From the NCBI GenBank assembly GCA_963772065.1, contig CAVYVZ010000010.1, forward strand, positions 449,802-513,801: DNA of 64,000 bases. The letters are read 5' to 3'. The translations under genes were made by a program, and so were the position numbers. The notes under the pieces were generated by a model. It had not been told where the DNA came from. It made no database searches and saw only the letters and a program-made list of their open reading frames with translations. Positions 21,736 through 33,256 of this stretch are shown here, piece by piece; the first letter of the stretch is position 1; each line of letters begins with the position of its first letter. Source of the DNA: an uncultured Acidobacteriota bacterium (GTDB lineage: Bacteria > Acidobacteriota > Vicinamibacteria > Vicinamibacterales > UBA2999).

Positions 21736-24700
21736 GTGCGCGGCGTCCCCCTCGGTCCACGGGCGGTGCTGTTCGCGGCGGTCTGCGTCGCGATGGCATG
21801 TGCGCACGCGGGACGCGCAGCGGCACGAGGACAGGAGAAGCGGGGCAGCGCGATCAGCTTCAATCGCGACATTCGCCCCATCCTCGCCGAGAACTGCTTC
21901 GCCTGCCACGGACCCGACGAGAGCCGGCGCAAAACGCGCTTCCATTTCGATACGCGCGAAGGTGCCTTCGCCAAGAACGGCGTCATCGTCCCCGGCAGCG
22001 CCGCGACGAGCCTCGTGATTCAGCGCATCACCGCCGCGGATCCGGCCGTGCGGATGCCGCCGCGCGATTCAGGCTACACGCTGACGACCGCACAAATCGA
22101 TCTGGTGCGCCGTTGGATTGACGAGGGGGCGACATGGGACTCGCATTGGGCATTCGTCCCGCCTGTGAGACCGGAGCTTCCAGCGGTCAACCGCGCGGAA
22201 TGGGTGCGCAATCCCATCGATCGTTTCATCCTCGCCCGTCTCGAGCGCGAAGGACTGAAGCCCTCGCCAACAGCCGACAAGGTGACGCTGCTCCGACGCC
22301 TGACGTACGACCTCACGGGGCTGCCGCCGACGCCGGCCGAGGTCGATGCGTTTGTCGCGGATCGCTCGCCGGATGCGTACGAGAAGCGCGTGGATGCGCT
22401 GCTGCGATCTCCGCGGTACGGCGAGCGGATGGCCATGCCATGGCTCGACACGGCTCGCTACGGCGATACCCACGGCTACCACATCGACAGCCACCGGGAC
22501 ATGTGGCACTGGCGCGACTGGGTCATCAACGCGTTCAACACCAACCTGCCCTTCGACCGGTTCACGATCGAGCAGCTCGCGGGTGACCTGCTTCCGGACG
22601 CCACGCGCGATCAGAAGGTCGCCACCGGATTCAATCGCAACCACATGATCAACTTCGAAGGCGGCGCCATCGCCGAGGAGTACCAGGTCGAGTACGTCGT
22701 CGATCGCGTCGAGGCCACCGCGACGAGCTTCTTGGGATTGACGATGGGGTGCGCGCGCTGCCACTCGCACAAGTTCGATCCGATCAGTCACAAGGAGTTC
22801 TACCAGTTCTTTGCCTTCTTCAATTCGGTGCCGGAGGTCGGGCTGGACGGCCGCGCTGGCAATGCCAAGCCGTTTCTCAAGCTGCCTTCACCCGAGCAGC
22901 AGAAGCGCTTCGACGCCCTCGAGGCGGCGATCGATGCGAAGGAGTCCACGCTCGCGGACGCCGTGGTCGCACCGCTGCAGGGTCAATGGGAGCAGACGCT
23001 TTCCGCTGCGGCGCAGCGGCCGATCGCCGGCGACGGGCTGGCTGCGCACTACGAGCTGGATGGCAGTCTCTCCGACATCTCGGGGCGGTACCAGCACGGC
23101 CGGACGATCAGCGGCGATCCGACGTTTGAGGCTGGACGCGTTGGCCGCGCGGTCTTGTTGGACGGCGACACGCAACTCAGTTTCGGCGGCGTTGGTGGCG
23201 TCGAGCGCAGCAGCCCCTTCAGTCTCGCCGTGTGGCTGAGGGTACGCAACAGCAGCCACGGCATGACCGTCCTGCAGAAGCTCGACGACGCTGATCGAAG
23301 GCGCGGGTACGAATGGCGGCTCGACGCTCCGGTGCTCACCGGAATTCAACGATGGGCAGCACGACTCACGGTCACGATGGCCTCCTCCCGCTCGAGCGCG
23401 ATTCAGGTTCGTACGCGCGAGCCGCTGCAATATGGCGAGTGGCATCACGTGACGATGACGTACGACGGGTCCGGCAAGGCGACGGGGCTGAAGCTCTTCA
23501 AGAACGGGGTACGGCTCGACGCCGACATCGTCAGGGATACGCTGGCGGGCACAATCGCCGTCGACTCGCCGCTCGGGATCGGGGACAAGTCGCTCGGCGA
23601 ACCGTTCCGCGGGCAGCTCGACGATCTCCGCGTGTACAACCGTGTCTTGACGCCTGCCGAGATCGAGCAGGTCTCGATTCACTATCCCGCGCAGGTGATC
23701 GTCTCGGGAGTCAGCGGCAAGCGAACCGAAAGCGAGACGCAGCGTGCGCGTGAGTACTTCCTGACATATGCAGCGCCGGAGAACCTTCGCGCCGTTCAAC
23801 GCGAGCTGACGGCCCTCCTGAAGCAGAGAGAAGCGCTCGATAAAGACATTCCAACCACGATGGTGATGGCGGAGATGGACAAGCCGCGCGAGACGTTCGT
23901 GCTCGCGCGCGGCGACTACCGGAACCAGACCGACAAGGTCCAGCCAGGCGTGCCGGCGGTCTTGCCACCACTGCCGAAGGACGCCCCGCTCAATCGATTG
24001 ACGCTCGCGAGGTGGCTCGTCGATCCCGCGCATCCGCTGACCGCGCGCGTCGCCGTGAACCGGTTCTGGCAGATGTACTTTACGCACGGGATCACCAAGA
24101 CCCAGGAGGACTTCGGCATCCGGGGCGAGCCGCCCGTCCACCCGGAGCTGCTCGACTGGCTCGCGACCGAGCTCGTCCGCACGGGTTGGGACGTTCGCGC
24201 GATGCAGCGGTTGATCGTCACGTCGGCGACGTATCGCCAGTCCTCGAAAGCCACGCCCGCGCTGCTCGACAAAGACCCGGAGAATCGGCTCCTTGCGCGC
24301 GGCCCGCGCGTGCGCCTGCCGGCCGAGATGATCCGTGACACGGCGCTCGCGGCGAGCGGCTTGCTCTCCGGCTCAATCGGCGGGCCAAGCGTTCTCCCGT
24401 ATCAACCGGCGGGTCTCTGGGAGGAGATGGCGTTCGGTTCCGGCTTCTCGGCCCAGACGTACCAACAGACCCGCGGGAAGGGTCTCTACCGGCGCGGCCT
24501 CTACACGTTCTGGAAGCGAACCGTCCCGCCCGCGTCCTTTGCGACCTTCGATGCGCCGGATCGCGAGAAGTGCACCGCCCGCCGGGCGCTCACCAACACG
24601 CCGCTCCAGGCGCTGGCGCTGCTGAACGACCCGACGTACGTCGAAGCGGCGCGGGCGCTCGCGCAGCGCACGCTGCTCGAAGGCGGGAACGACCTGAACC

Positions 24701-24945
24701 GCCGGCTCGCGTACGCATTCCGCCTTGCCACGGCACGCACACCGACGCGCAAGGAGCGGGGCGTCCTGCGTTCCTTGCTCGACGAGCGCCTGACATCGTT
24801 TCAGCGGAATCCCCGGTCTGCGCTCGAGCTGCTGGACGTCGGCGACTCACCTCGCGACAAGCGGCTCGATGCGTCAGAGCTCGCCGCATGGACGACGATC
24901 GCGAGCGTCATTCTGAATCTGGACGAGACCATCACGAAAGAGTGA
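21736..24945 (+). CDS. PSCyt/DUF1549/LamG/DUF1553 (PSD1) domain protein
   Basis: It has an N-terminal haem motif (NCFACHGPD), a DUF1549-like block, a LamG-like insert ([12 protein letters not shown]) and a DUF1553/PSD1 C-terminus. It is paired with a DUF1501 gene. Confidence 0.9.
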   Translation: MRGVPLGPRAVLFAAVCVAMACAHAGRAAARGQEKRGSAISFNRDIRPILAENCFACHGPDESRRKTRFHFDTREGAFAKNGVIVPGSAATSLVIQRITAADPAVRMPPRDSGYTLTTAQIDLVRRWIDEGATWDSHWAFVPPVRPELPAVNRAEWVRNPIDRFILARLEREGLKPSPTADKVTLLRRLTYDLTGLPPTPAEVDAFVADRSPDAYEKRVDALLRSPRYGERMAMPWLDTARYGDTHGYHIDSHRDMWHWRDWVINAFNTNLPFDRFTIEQLAGDLLPDATRDQKVATGFNRNHMINFEGGAIAEEYQVEYVVDRVEATATSFLGLTMGCARCHSHKFDPISHKEFYQFFAFFNSVPEVGLDGRAGNAKPFLKLPSPEQQKRFDALEAAIDAKESTLADAVVAPLQGQWEQTLSAAAQRPIAGDGLAAHYELDGSLSDISGRYQHGRTISGDPTFEAGRVGRAVLLDGDTQLSFGGVGGVERSSPFSLAVWLRVRNSSHGMTVLQKLDDADRRRGYEWRLDAPVLTGIQRWAARLTVTMASSRSSAIQVRTREPLQYGEWHHVTMTYDGSGKATGLKLFKNGVRLDADIVRDTLAGTIAVDSPLGIGDKSLGEPFRGQLDDLRVYNRVLTPAEIEQVSIHYPAQVIVSGVSGKRTESETQRAREYFLTYAAPENLRAVQRELTALLKQREALDKDIPTTMVMAEMDKPRETFVLARGDYRNQTDKVQPGVPAVLPPLPKDAPLNRLTLARWLVDPAHPLTARVAVNRFWQMYFTHGITKTQEDFGIRGEPPVHPELLDWLATELVRTGWDVRAMQRLIVTSATYRQSSKATPALLDKDPENRLLARGPRVRLPAEMIRDTALAASGLLSGSIGGPSVLPYQPAGLWEEMAFGSGFSAQTYQQTRGKGLYRRGLYTFWKRTVPPASFATFDAPDREKCTARRALTNTPLQALALLNDPTYVEAARALAQRTLLEGGNDLNRRLAYAFRLATARTPTRKERGVLRSLLDERLTSFQRNPRSALELLDVGDSPRDKRLDASELAAWTTIASVILNLDETITKE

Positions 24946-24950
24946 ATGCG

Positions 24951-26423
<1,473 letters not shown>

Positions 26424-26481
26424 TCCCGCCTTCGCCCGCCGCGCTACGCGCGCGGGCTACGACGCGGCAAGGAGCCACTGA

Positions 26482-26874
26482 ATGGAAACGCATGTGAAAG
26501 TTCTAGGCATCCTGAACATCATCTCGGGCGCGTTCGGGCTGTGCGGTGCGCTCCTGCTCATGGTTGTGTTCGGCGGTACCGCGAGCCTCGTCGCCATCGA
26601 AGGCGATCCTGACGCGGCGATAGCGCTGCCAATCCTCGGCCTGACGGGGATGGCGCTTGTCATCTTCGCGGTCCTCATGTCGCTGCCGGCGCTCATCATC
26701 GGCTTCGGGTTGTACAACGTCCGCCCGTGGGCGCGCGTCGCCGGCATCGTGTTGTCGATCGTGTCGCTGATCGTGTTCCCCTTCGGGACGCTGCTCGGCG
26801 TCTACGGTCTGTGGGTGCTGTTCTCGAAGGAAGGGGAACGGCTGTTCAGCGGGCCGCAAACGACGCAAGCCTAG
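26482..26874 (+). CDS. Small polytopic membrane protein (hypothetical)
   Basis: The 130-aa ORF has four hydrophobic segments. I do not recognise a family. Confidence 0.55.
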   Translation: METHVKVLGILNIISGAFGLCGALLLMVVFGGTASLVAIEGDPDAAIALPILGLTGMALVIFAVLMSLPALIIGFGLYNVRPWARVAGIVLSIVSLIVFPFGTLLGVYGLWVLFSKEGERLFSGPQTTQA

Positions 26875-29114
26875 ACCGGCGTCGGCAATCCAAGCACCTT
26901 ATCGCCTCCAGCGGCCACGAAGGCGGCACGCGCGTCGCGGTGCCGCGCTTCGACCTCGCGCAGGGTCTGCGCGAACTTCGGGAGCGCGCGAAGAGAATCG
27001 AGCCAGGGATCGCGCGCGAGCGCGGGATAGCAGTGAAATCCTCCTGCCGTGGCGCGCGCGAGCGCGGCGAGTGCCTCGTCGCCATGACCGAGGTACGCCA
27101 GGTGCCGCGCCGCGTAGAAGAGACCCTCCGGGTCCTTGAAATCGCCCGTGGCGATGCGGCGGACCGCGTCGGCGCTCGCCTCGTGGCGGCCTTGATAGAG
27201 CGCGAGCGCTCCCTCGAGAAAATCCTGTAGCCGCGTCTGAATGCGGGCCGCCACGCCGGTGAGATTCGCCAGCGCTTCCGCTTCCCGCCCGAGCATCCCC
27301 AGCGCGACGTTGCGGATGTATGGCGTGCCCTCGACGTCCGTCGTCAAGACCCTCTCATAGTCGCCGAGCATGAAGAACGTGTGTGCCGCGCTCGTCGCGA
27401 TCTTCGGATCGAGTCGGATGGCCTGCTCGTAGGCGGCAGCCGAGGCATCGAGCAGGCCGCAGTACCGGCAGGCGTGAACGAGCCCGGCAAAGAGGTCCGG
27501 ATCGCCGCTGCGCTGCCGGGCCCGCTCGACGAGGCGAAGCATCGCGTCGCGCGCCCGCCCGAGATCCACCTCGAGGTAGGCGTAGAGGTTGTGCGCGATC
27601 GAGAGATCCGGGTTGATGTCGAGCGCCCGCATGAAGGCCGACTCGGCGCGTTTCAGGTTTTCTTCCTCCTCCGCGCGGCCGTATTTGGCGAGGACGCGGT
27701 AGATGCGGCCCAGCCGCGCCCAGGCGGGCGCATAGCGTGGATCCTGTTCGATGCACTGAAGGTACAGATCGCGCGCGAGCGTCCACGTCTGCGAGTCCGA
27801 CGCCACGAGGTTCGCGCGGAGGTAGAACTCGTACGCCTTCGCGCTGGCCGGCACGTCGTGCTTCAACATCCGGTGCTCGCGCGCGGTCAGCGGCAAGGAG
27901 AGCGAGTCGACGATGCGCCGGGCGAGATCGTCCTGAAGCTGGAAGATGTCGCCGAGCAGCACCTGGGCGGTGTGCGACCACACGACGGTGCCGTCCGGCG
28001 CCTCGAGCAGCTGAGTCGTGACCCGCAGCTGGTCGCCCGCGCGGAGCAGCGTGCCGACCAGCACGATATCGACGTTCGCTTCCGAGGCAATCGCCTTCAG
28101 ATCGGGCGGTCCGGCGGCGAACCGCGCGGCCGCGTGGCTCGACCGGACGACGAGCGACTCGAGGCCCGAGAGCGAGGTCGTGAGGGCGTCCGCGAGGCTG
28201 AACGAGAGGAAGTCGATATCGGCGTCGGCGCGCAGCACTCTGAACGGAAGGACGATGAGGCGCGTCATCGGGCGCACGCGCAGCACGTCGCCGGAATCCG
28301 CGAGGGTCAACGCAGCTCGCAGCTCGTGCGCCATCGCGTCGGCGCTGGCATATCGATCGTCGGGCGCCTTGGCGAGCGCGCGATGAATCACCCGGTCCAC
28401 CGCCACCACCGCCGGCGATCCCGCCAGCGCTGGCGGCTGCTCGTACGCCACGGCGTGGACGATCTCGGGGACCGTTTCGCCGCCGAACGGCGGCTTCGCC
28501 GTGATCATCTCGAACAGCATGGCACCCAGGGCGAACAGATCGGCGCGCGCGTCGCTCGCGCGACCGAGGACGACTTCCGGCGCCATGTAGCGCGGCGTGC
28601 CGGTGATCGTCCCGGGGAGCGTAAGCGCGATGTCGGTCTCTCCGCCAGCGGTTGCCGTGCTCCGAGCCAGGCCGAAGTCGAGGAGCTTCACGCCATGCGG
28701 CGTGAGGAAGATGTTCGATGGCTTGAGGTCGCGGTGCACGAGGCTGCGGCGATGCAGCGCCCCGAGCGCGCCGAGCACGGCCAGCGTCAGCGGGACAGCT
28801 TCGGCGAGCGGAAGCGCTCCTCGTGCGATTCGCGCGGCGAGCGTCTCTCCCTCGAGCAGCTCCATCGCGATGAACAGCTCGCCATCGTCTTCCCCGATTT
28901 CATGAATCTGGCAGACAGCCGGATGGTTGAGGCTGGCGGCCGCGCGCGCCTCGCGCCAGAAGCGCTCGCGGGCGCGCTCGTCCACCACACGCGCGCGGAT
29001 CATCTTCAGCGCGACGTCGCGCCCCAGTCGTTCGTCGCGCGCGCGATAGACGAGGCCCATCCCGCCCTCGCCGAGCTGCTCCGTAATGCGGTATTGGCCG
29101 ACCTGTTCGCGCAT
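26871..29114 (-). CDS. Ser/Thr protein kinase with TolB-like and TPR C-terminal regions
   Basis: The kinase motifs are GEGGMGLVYRA...ALK, HRDLKPSN, DFGLA and GTPRYMAPE. TPR-like repeats occupy the C-terminal half. Confidence 0.9.
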   Translation of the reverse strand: MREQVGQYRITEQLGEGGMGLVYRARDERLGRDVALKMIRARVVDERARERFWREARAAASLNHPAVCQIHEIGEDDGELFIAMELLEGETLAARIARGALPLAEAVPLTLAVLGALGALHRRSLVHRDLKPSNIFLTPHGVKLLDFGLARSTATAGGETDIALTLPGTITGTPRYMAPEVVLGRASDARADLFALGAMLFEMITAKPPFGGETVPEIVHAVAYEQPPALAGSPAVVAVDRVIHRALAKAPDDRYASADAMAHELRAALTLADSGDVLRVRPMTRLIVLPFRVLRADADIDFLSFSLADALTTSLSGLESLVVRSSHAAARFAAGPPDLKAIASEANVDIVLVGTLLRAGDQLRVTTQLLEAPDGTVVWSHTAQVLLGDIFQLQDDLARRIVDSLSLPLTAREHRMLKHDVPASAKAYEFYLRANLVASDSQTWTLARDLYLQCIEQDPRYAPAWARLGRIYRVLAKYGRAEEEENLKRAESAFMRALDINPDLSIAHNLYAYLEVDLGRARDAMLRLVERARQRSGDPDLFAGLVHACRYCGLLDASAAAYEQAIRLDPKIATSAAHTFFMLGDYERVLTTDVEGTPYIRNVALGMLGREAEALANLTGVAARIQTRLQDFLEGALALYQGRHEASADAVRRIATGDFKDPEGLFYAARHLAYLGHGDEALAALARATAGGFHCYPALARDPWLDSLRALPKFAQTLREVEARHRDARAAFVAAGGDKVLGLPTPV

Positions 29115-29244
29115 TGGTTTCGACGAGGCCGGATTCTAACAGGGCCGGTCCGTGCAGGTAACGGGTGCGTCCGTTTCGAGCCGTCCACTTGGCCCGCAAA
29201 GTGCGTAGCGCTCCGGCTGTCCGAAGCCTCGCGAGGAGTTTCCC

Positions 29245-30621
29245 ATGAGCTATTCCACCCCTGCGGTGTTTCTTGTTCTTCTGGCGTCGGCGCTGATGGC
29301 CGGAAGCGGTGCGAGCGCCCTCAGTCCGACAGGTCTCAAATCAGGCAAAGACGCAGGCAGCTACGAGATCGGTGTTCAGGTGTCGCACGCCGGCGGTGGC
29401 TCGACGTGGACGTACACCATTACGAAAGCGACGGAAGACACGAAGAACCTCGGCCACTTCATCCTCAACTTCGATACCTGCGGAGGCCAGAGCCCCACGA
29501 TCGGCAGCATCGTCTCCGCTACGGTCAACGGAGTGGATTGGATGAATCAAGTGGTGGCAACAAACGGTATGACACATTGCGGAACTCTCTCCGCGAACTT
29601 CGTCAAGTTCGACGACCTTCCAGATGCTGACACATACGTCATCGAGTTCACCCTGGATGACGTCTACCCGCTGATGGACTCATCCGCCTGGCTCAAGAGC
29701 GGAACGCTCTGCGTGAAGAAAGCAGTGCTGGGTCCGGGTTGCAGAGGCTATCTGCGCACGGCAGCCATGGAAGCGGATTCATCCCTCGTCGGCAAGCAAT
29801 ACACAGACATCAACAGCTACATGAGAGGGTTCGGGTTCGACTACACAGAGCATCCCAACTGCACCGGAGGTTACGGCGGGCACATTGATGGGATTCACGG
29901 GGCTGTCGACGTCGACGCGTACTTCAACAGACACGTGTTTCGCTTCGACATTCACATCGATCCCGTCATCGATGGCGACCGCTGCAGCTCGAGCACCGTG
30001 GACCGGCAGCGCAACGAGATGAAATCGATCACCAACAATTCGACGTGGGCGAAGGTTCAGGGGAACTGGGATGAGTGGCAGATCCTGGAATGGAAGTTCA
30101 GGCTGCCCACCGAGCTTCAACCCACCGCCAACTTTTTTCACATCCATCAGTTGAAAGCACAAGACGGCCCCAACAACGGCGCCCCGACAATCACAATCAC
30201 GCCGCGGGCCGCCAGTTCGGGGTCGAACAAGAGGATTCAGATTATTCACTCCGTGGATGGAGCGAACACGGACAAGGGAACGATCGTGGACAACGTGCCC
30301 TTGTCGGAGTTCGAAGGCGAATGGGTGCAGGTCCGTGAGGAGATGCACTACACGCACGACGGCTATTACTCGTTGAAGATCACGCGCATACGTGACGGAC
30401 AGGTCCTCATAGACTTCACGGACCCCAACATCGATATGTGGCGGATCGGGAGCTCATACATCCGGAGCAAGTTTGGCCTGTACCGCAGTCTTGCCGGTGG
30501 GCGGTTGAATCAGGATCCCGTCGGCCAGAGTCCGTTGCTGAAGAACGAGTCTCTGTGGATCACGGACTTCAGGGTCTATGAGAAGAACTCAAACCCCACA
30601 CCGGGCGTCCCCCATGAATGA
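29245..30621 (+). CDS. Secreted protein with polysaccharide-lyase-like (beta-jelly-roll) C-terminal domain
   Basis: It has a signal peptide. DRQRNE...FFHIHQLK...KFGLYRS resembles the heparin-lyase-I/glucuronan-lyase type family, recalled from memory and not searched. GC and codon usage are visibly lower than in neighbouring genes. Confidence 0.55.
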   Translation: MSYSTPAVFLVLLASALMAGSGASALSPTGLKSGKDAGSYEIGVQVSHAGGGSTWTYTITKATEDTKNLGHFILNFDTCGGQSPTIGSIVSATVNGVDWMNQVVATNGMTHCGTLSANFVKFDDLPDADTYVIEFTLDDVYPLMDSSAWLKSGTLCVKKAVLGPGCRGYLRTAAMEADSSLVGKQYTDINSYMRGFGFDYTEHPNCTGGYGGHIDGIHGAVDVDAYFNRHVFRFDIHIDPVIDGDRCSSSTVDRQRNEMKSITNNSTWAKVQGNWDEWQILEWKFRLPTELQPTANFFHIHQLKAQDGPNNGAPTITITPRAASSGSNKRIQIIHSVDGANTDKGTIVDNVPLSEFEGEWVQVREEMHYTHDGYYSLKITRIRDGQVLIDFTDPNIDMWRIGSSYIRSKFGLYRSLAGGRLNQDPVGQSPLLKNESLWITDFRVYEKNSNPTPGVPHE

Positions 30622-30634
30622 GGGCGATCACGTT

Positions 30635-31204
30635 TCAAGGCGTGCCGGCACCGGGCGAGGTGATCGCCCCCCCGAAGGAACCGGTGGTCAAGCCGGTGAC
30701 CTGGTTGAACAAGCGCTCGACGGTAAAGCTCCCAGTGGCGTCGGCGAAACGACCTGTACCCCCTGTGATCGTCGCGGTTTCCACAATGGAGAGAACGCCA
30801 GGGGCCGTTAGAGTGGCTTGTCCGGTAAAACCAGCGGTGAGCGTGTCGCCGTTGGCCGCAGTGAACTCGTAGGTGCCGGTCGAAGTCCTGTTCGTGGTGT
30901 TCACGACGTGCGGGATTTCTACGGTGAAGCGACCCAGGTGCGTGGCGTTGCCCGTGCCCTCGATTGAGACAGACAAAAACGGAGGCGTACCCGGCGTAAT
31001 GGTCGCGGTTCCTTCCAACCTTCCCTTGAACGGCACTTCCTGGTTGTTGGAGAGCACACCCGCGCCGGTTGCGGTCGCCTCCGACGAGGCGATGGACAGA
31101 CTCGCCGACGAGAGAGACGTCGGACTGGTTGGCGTGATGGGCTGACTACAGCCAACGAACAGCGCGACACCGACGAGGCCAACAGCGGTAAGCGAGGCAT
31201 GCAT
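30635..31204 (-). CDS. Lipoprotein, hypothetical
   Basis: GGAG lies 8 nt upstream of the ATG at 31204. It has the lipobox ALFVGC and a Thr/Gly-rich beta-type sequence. Confidence 0.6.
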   Translation of the reverse strand: MHASLTAVGLVGVALFVGCSQPITPTSPTSLSSASLSIASSEATATGAGVLSNNQEVPFKGRLEGTATITPGTPPFLSVSIEGTGNATHLGRFTVEIPHVVNTTNRTSTGTYEFTAANGDTLTAGFTGQATLTAPGVLSIVETATITGGTGRFADATGSFTVERLFNQVTGLTTGSFGGAITSPGAGTP

Positions 31205-31573
31205 TGGTGGCTCCGTTTGATACAGCGTAATTGGCGACTCGGGCTTCATGGGGTGTGAAGTGTGGCATCGTAGCCGGTCGCGCGTCGTCGATCTGTGCAG
31301 AACGGAACAGCGGCCCGCTTCAATGAGCGCAGGAGGACGGCGAATCGGCTGAAGCCGAGCGGGTCGCCGCGAAAGAAACGATCAAGAACTGACTGATGGC
31401 GCGTTTGACATCGAAGCGACAGTCCCTTGATACTGGCGGGAGCGCGCTGACAGGGCGCCACCAACCCGCGGCAAGGGAACACTCCCACCTGTTTTGGTCT
31501 GAGTCGTGTGCGTTTGCACCTTCTTTCAGCCTGGTTTCAGCGGGGCACAGGCGATTGATGAAAGGAGGTCGCA

Positions 31574-33256
31574 ATGACCACTTCGAAGTCCCTTCCCGGC
31601 TCGTCCGTCTCTCGAATCCCTCCGTAAACAGGCAAAGAAGCTCGCGCGCGACATCGCCGCCGGTGACGCTGATGCCATCGCACGTGCGCGGGTGCAACTG
31701 CCACACGTTGACCTGCCCTTGACGCAGCGCAACGCGCAACTCGTGATCGCGCGCGAGTACGGCTACGCCGGCTGGCAAGACCTCACGGCTGAGGTCAGCA
31801 AACGGCTCGGCAAGGGACTCGAGTGGGCGGTAGCGCAGGCTCGACGCTTCATTCACGAAAACGACGTCGAACGCCTGAAGCAACTGCTGGCTGAATATCC
31901 GGCGTTGCTGTCCTGGCAAAGCAACGACTGGGGCAGCACCGGCGGCCTGCTGGAATTCGCCACGGGCTCCTATGGCGACAGCTTCGACCCGATCAGCGAA
32001 GAGCACTTCACCCGCGCGGCGTGCGCAGAGCTGCTGATCGACGCCGGTGCGGTCGTGCAGCCATCGGTGTGCGAGGGCCTCCTCAGATCGCGCGCGAGGG
32101 GGCTGCTGGAGCTGTTTCGACGTAAAGGCCTGCTTCCCGGCACGCTCAAGTTCCTTGCGGCGCTTGGCGACATCGACGCCGTTCGCACCGCGCTCGATGA
32201 GAACGGGAACGATCTCGCCGCCGTCACGGAAGCGTTCACGATCGCGTGCGGCTTCGAGCACGAGGCCGTGGCGTCGCTCCTGCTGGAACGAGTGCATCGC
32301 GCTCGATCCCGAGCTCGGCGCACACATCGATGGAAGTGCCGGGCGCCACGCCTTCGTCAGCTACTTCATCGAAAACCGACCCGGGCACGCGACGGCGGTC
32401 GGGCTGTGGAAGGGTTTCGTCATGGAGCAGGTCAGCCGGGCGGTCTCTTCCTGGAGTGGTCACTCGACCTCGGTGACGCCACCAATCGGGGATAGCGACC
32501 TGACGGCGTTCGTTCGCCTTTTCCAGCGTGAGCCGTGGCTGCTCGGTGAAGCCTTCGTGGAGTTTCAGGCGGACATCATCGGGGCGGCCACGCTGAAAGA
32601 CCGCCGGGAATTCATCACCGTCCTTCTCGACCTCGATCCCGCGATCCTGCGGCGCCAGCCGCCGCCCCCGTCGCAGGCCATCGAGTTCGCGTTCACCTAC
32701 GTGAGGACACACCTCATTCCATTGCTCACCCGCATCTGGCCGCTGCCCGACGATCTGCCGCACGCGGCAGGCATGGGCAACCTCCCGCGTGTGAAGCAGT
32801 GGTTCGACGAGTCCGGCGCGCCGGCGCTGGGCGATGTCGAGAATCACTACCCCTGCAGTCCATACATGCCGAAGGGCCGAGTCGACGAATATGCGCACCA
32901 GTGGGGCGCGCAACGCGAGCAGCGTGTCCTCGACGTGGCGTTCGCCTGGTCCGTCATGAACAGCCACTTCGACGTGGCGGACTTCCTGCTCGACCACGGC
33001 GCCGATATCAACACCACGTGGAGCTCCCATGAGCCGGCGAGCATCCTGCACGAGCTCGTCTTTCATGGGAACTACGAAGCCATGCGATTCCTCATCGACC
33101 GCGGCATCGACATGACCATCAAGGACTACCGCTGGAACGGCGACTGCACAGGGCTGGGCGCGCCACGCCGCGAAGGACGAGAAGATGGCGCAGTGGCTGG
33201 AGGAGGCGGAACGGCAGCGGGAGCAGGGAGCACTGACGTCCTCGAGAAACTCCTGA
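31574..33256 (+). pseudogene. Ankyrin-repeat protein with three frame breaks
   Basis: AAAGGAGG lies 5 nt upstream of the ATG at 31574. The reading MTTSKSLP|ARPSLESLRKQAKKLARD...ASLLLER|CIALDPELG...YRWNG|AQGWARHAAKDEKMAQWLEEAERQ...* requires dropping one base at about 31595-31600, 32286-32295 and 33139-33146. Confidence 0.75.

Noticed and set aside
27381-29630. 749-aa ORF on the plus strand
   Set aside because: It is antisense to the Ser/Thr kinase for most of its length and then runs off-frame into the lyase-like gene. It has no motifs, so I treat it as a shadow ORF.
31320-32327. 335-aa minus-strand ORF
   Set aside because: It is antisense to the ankyrin-repeat reading frames and has no motifs.
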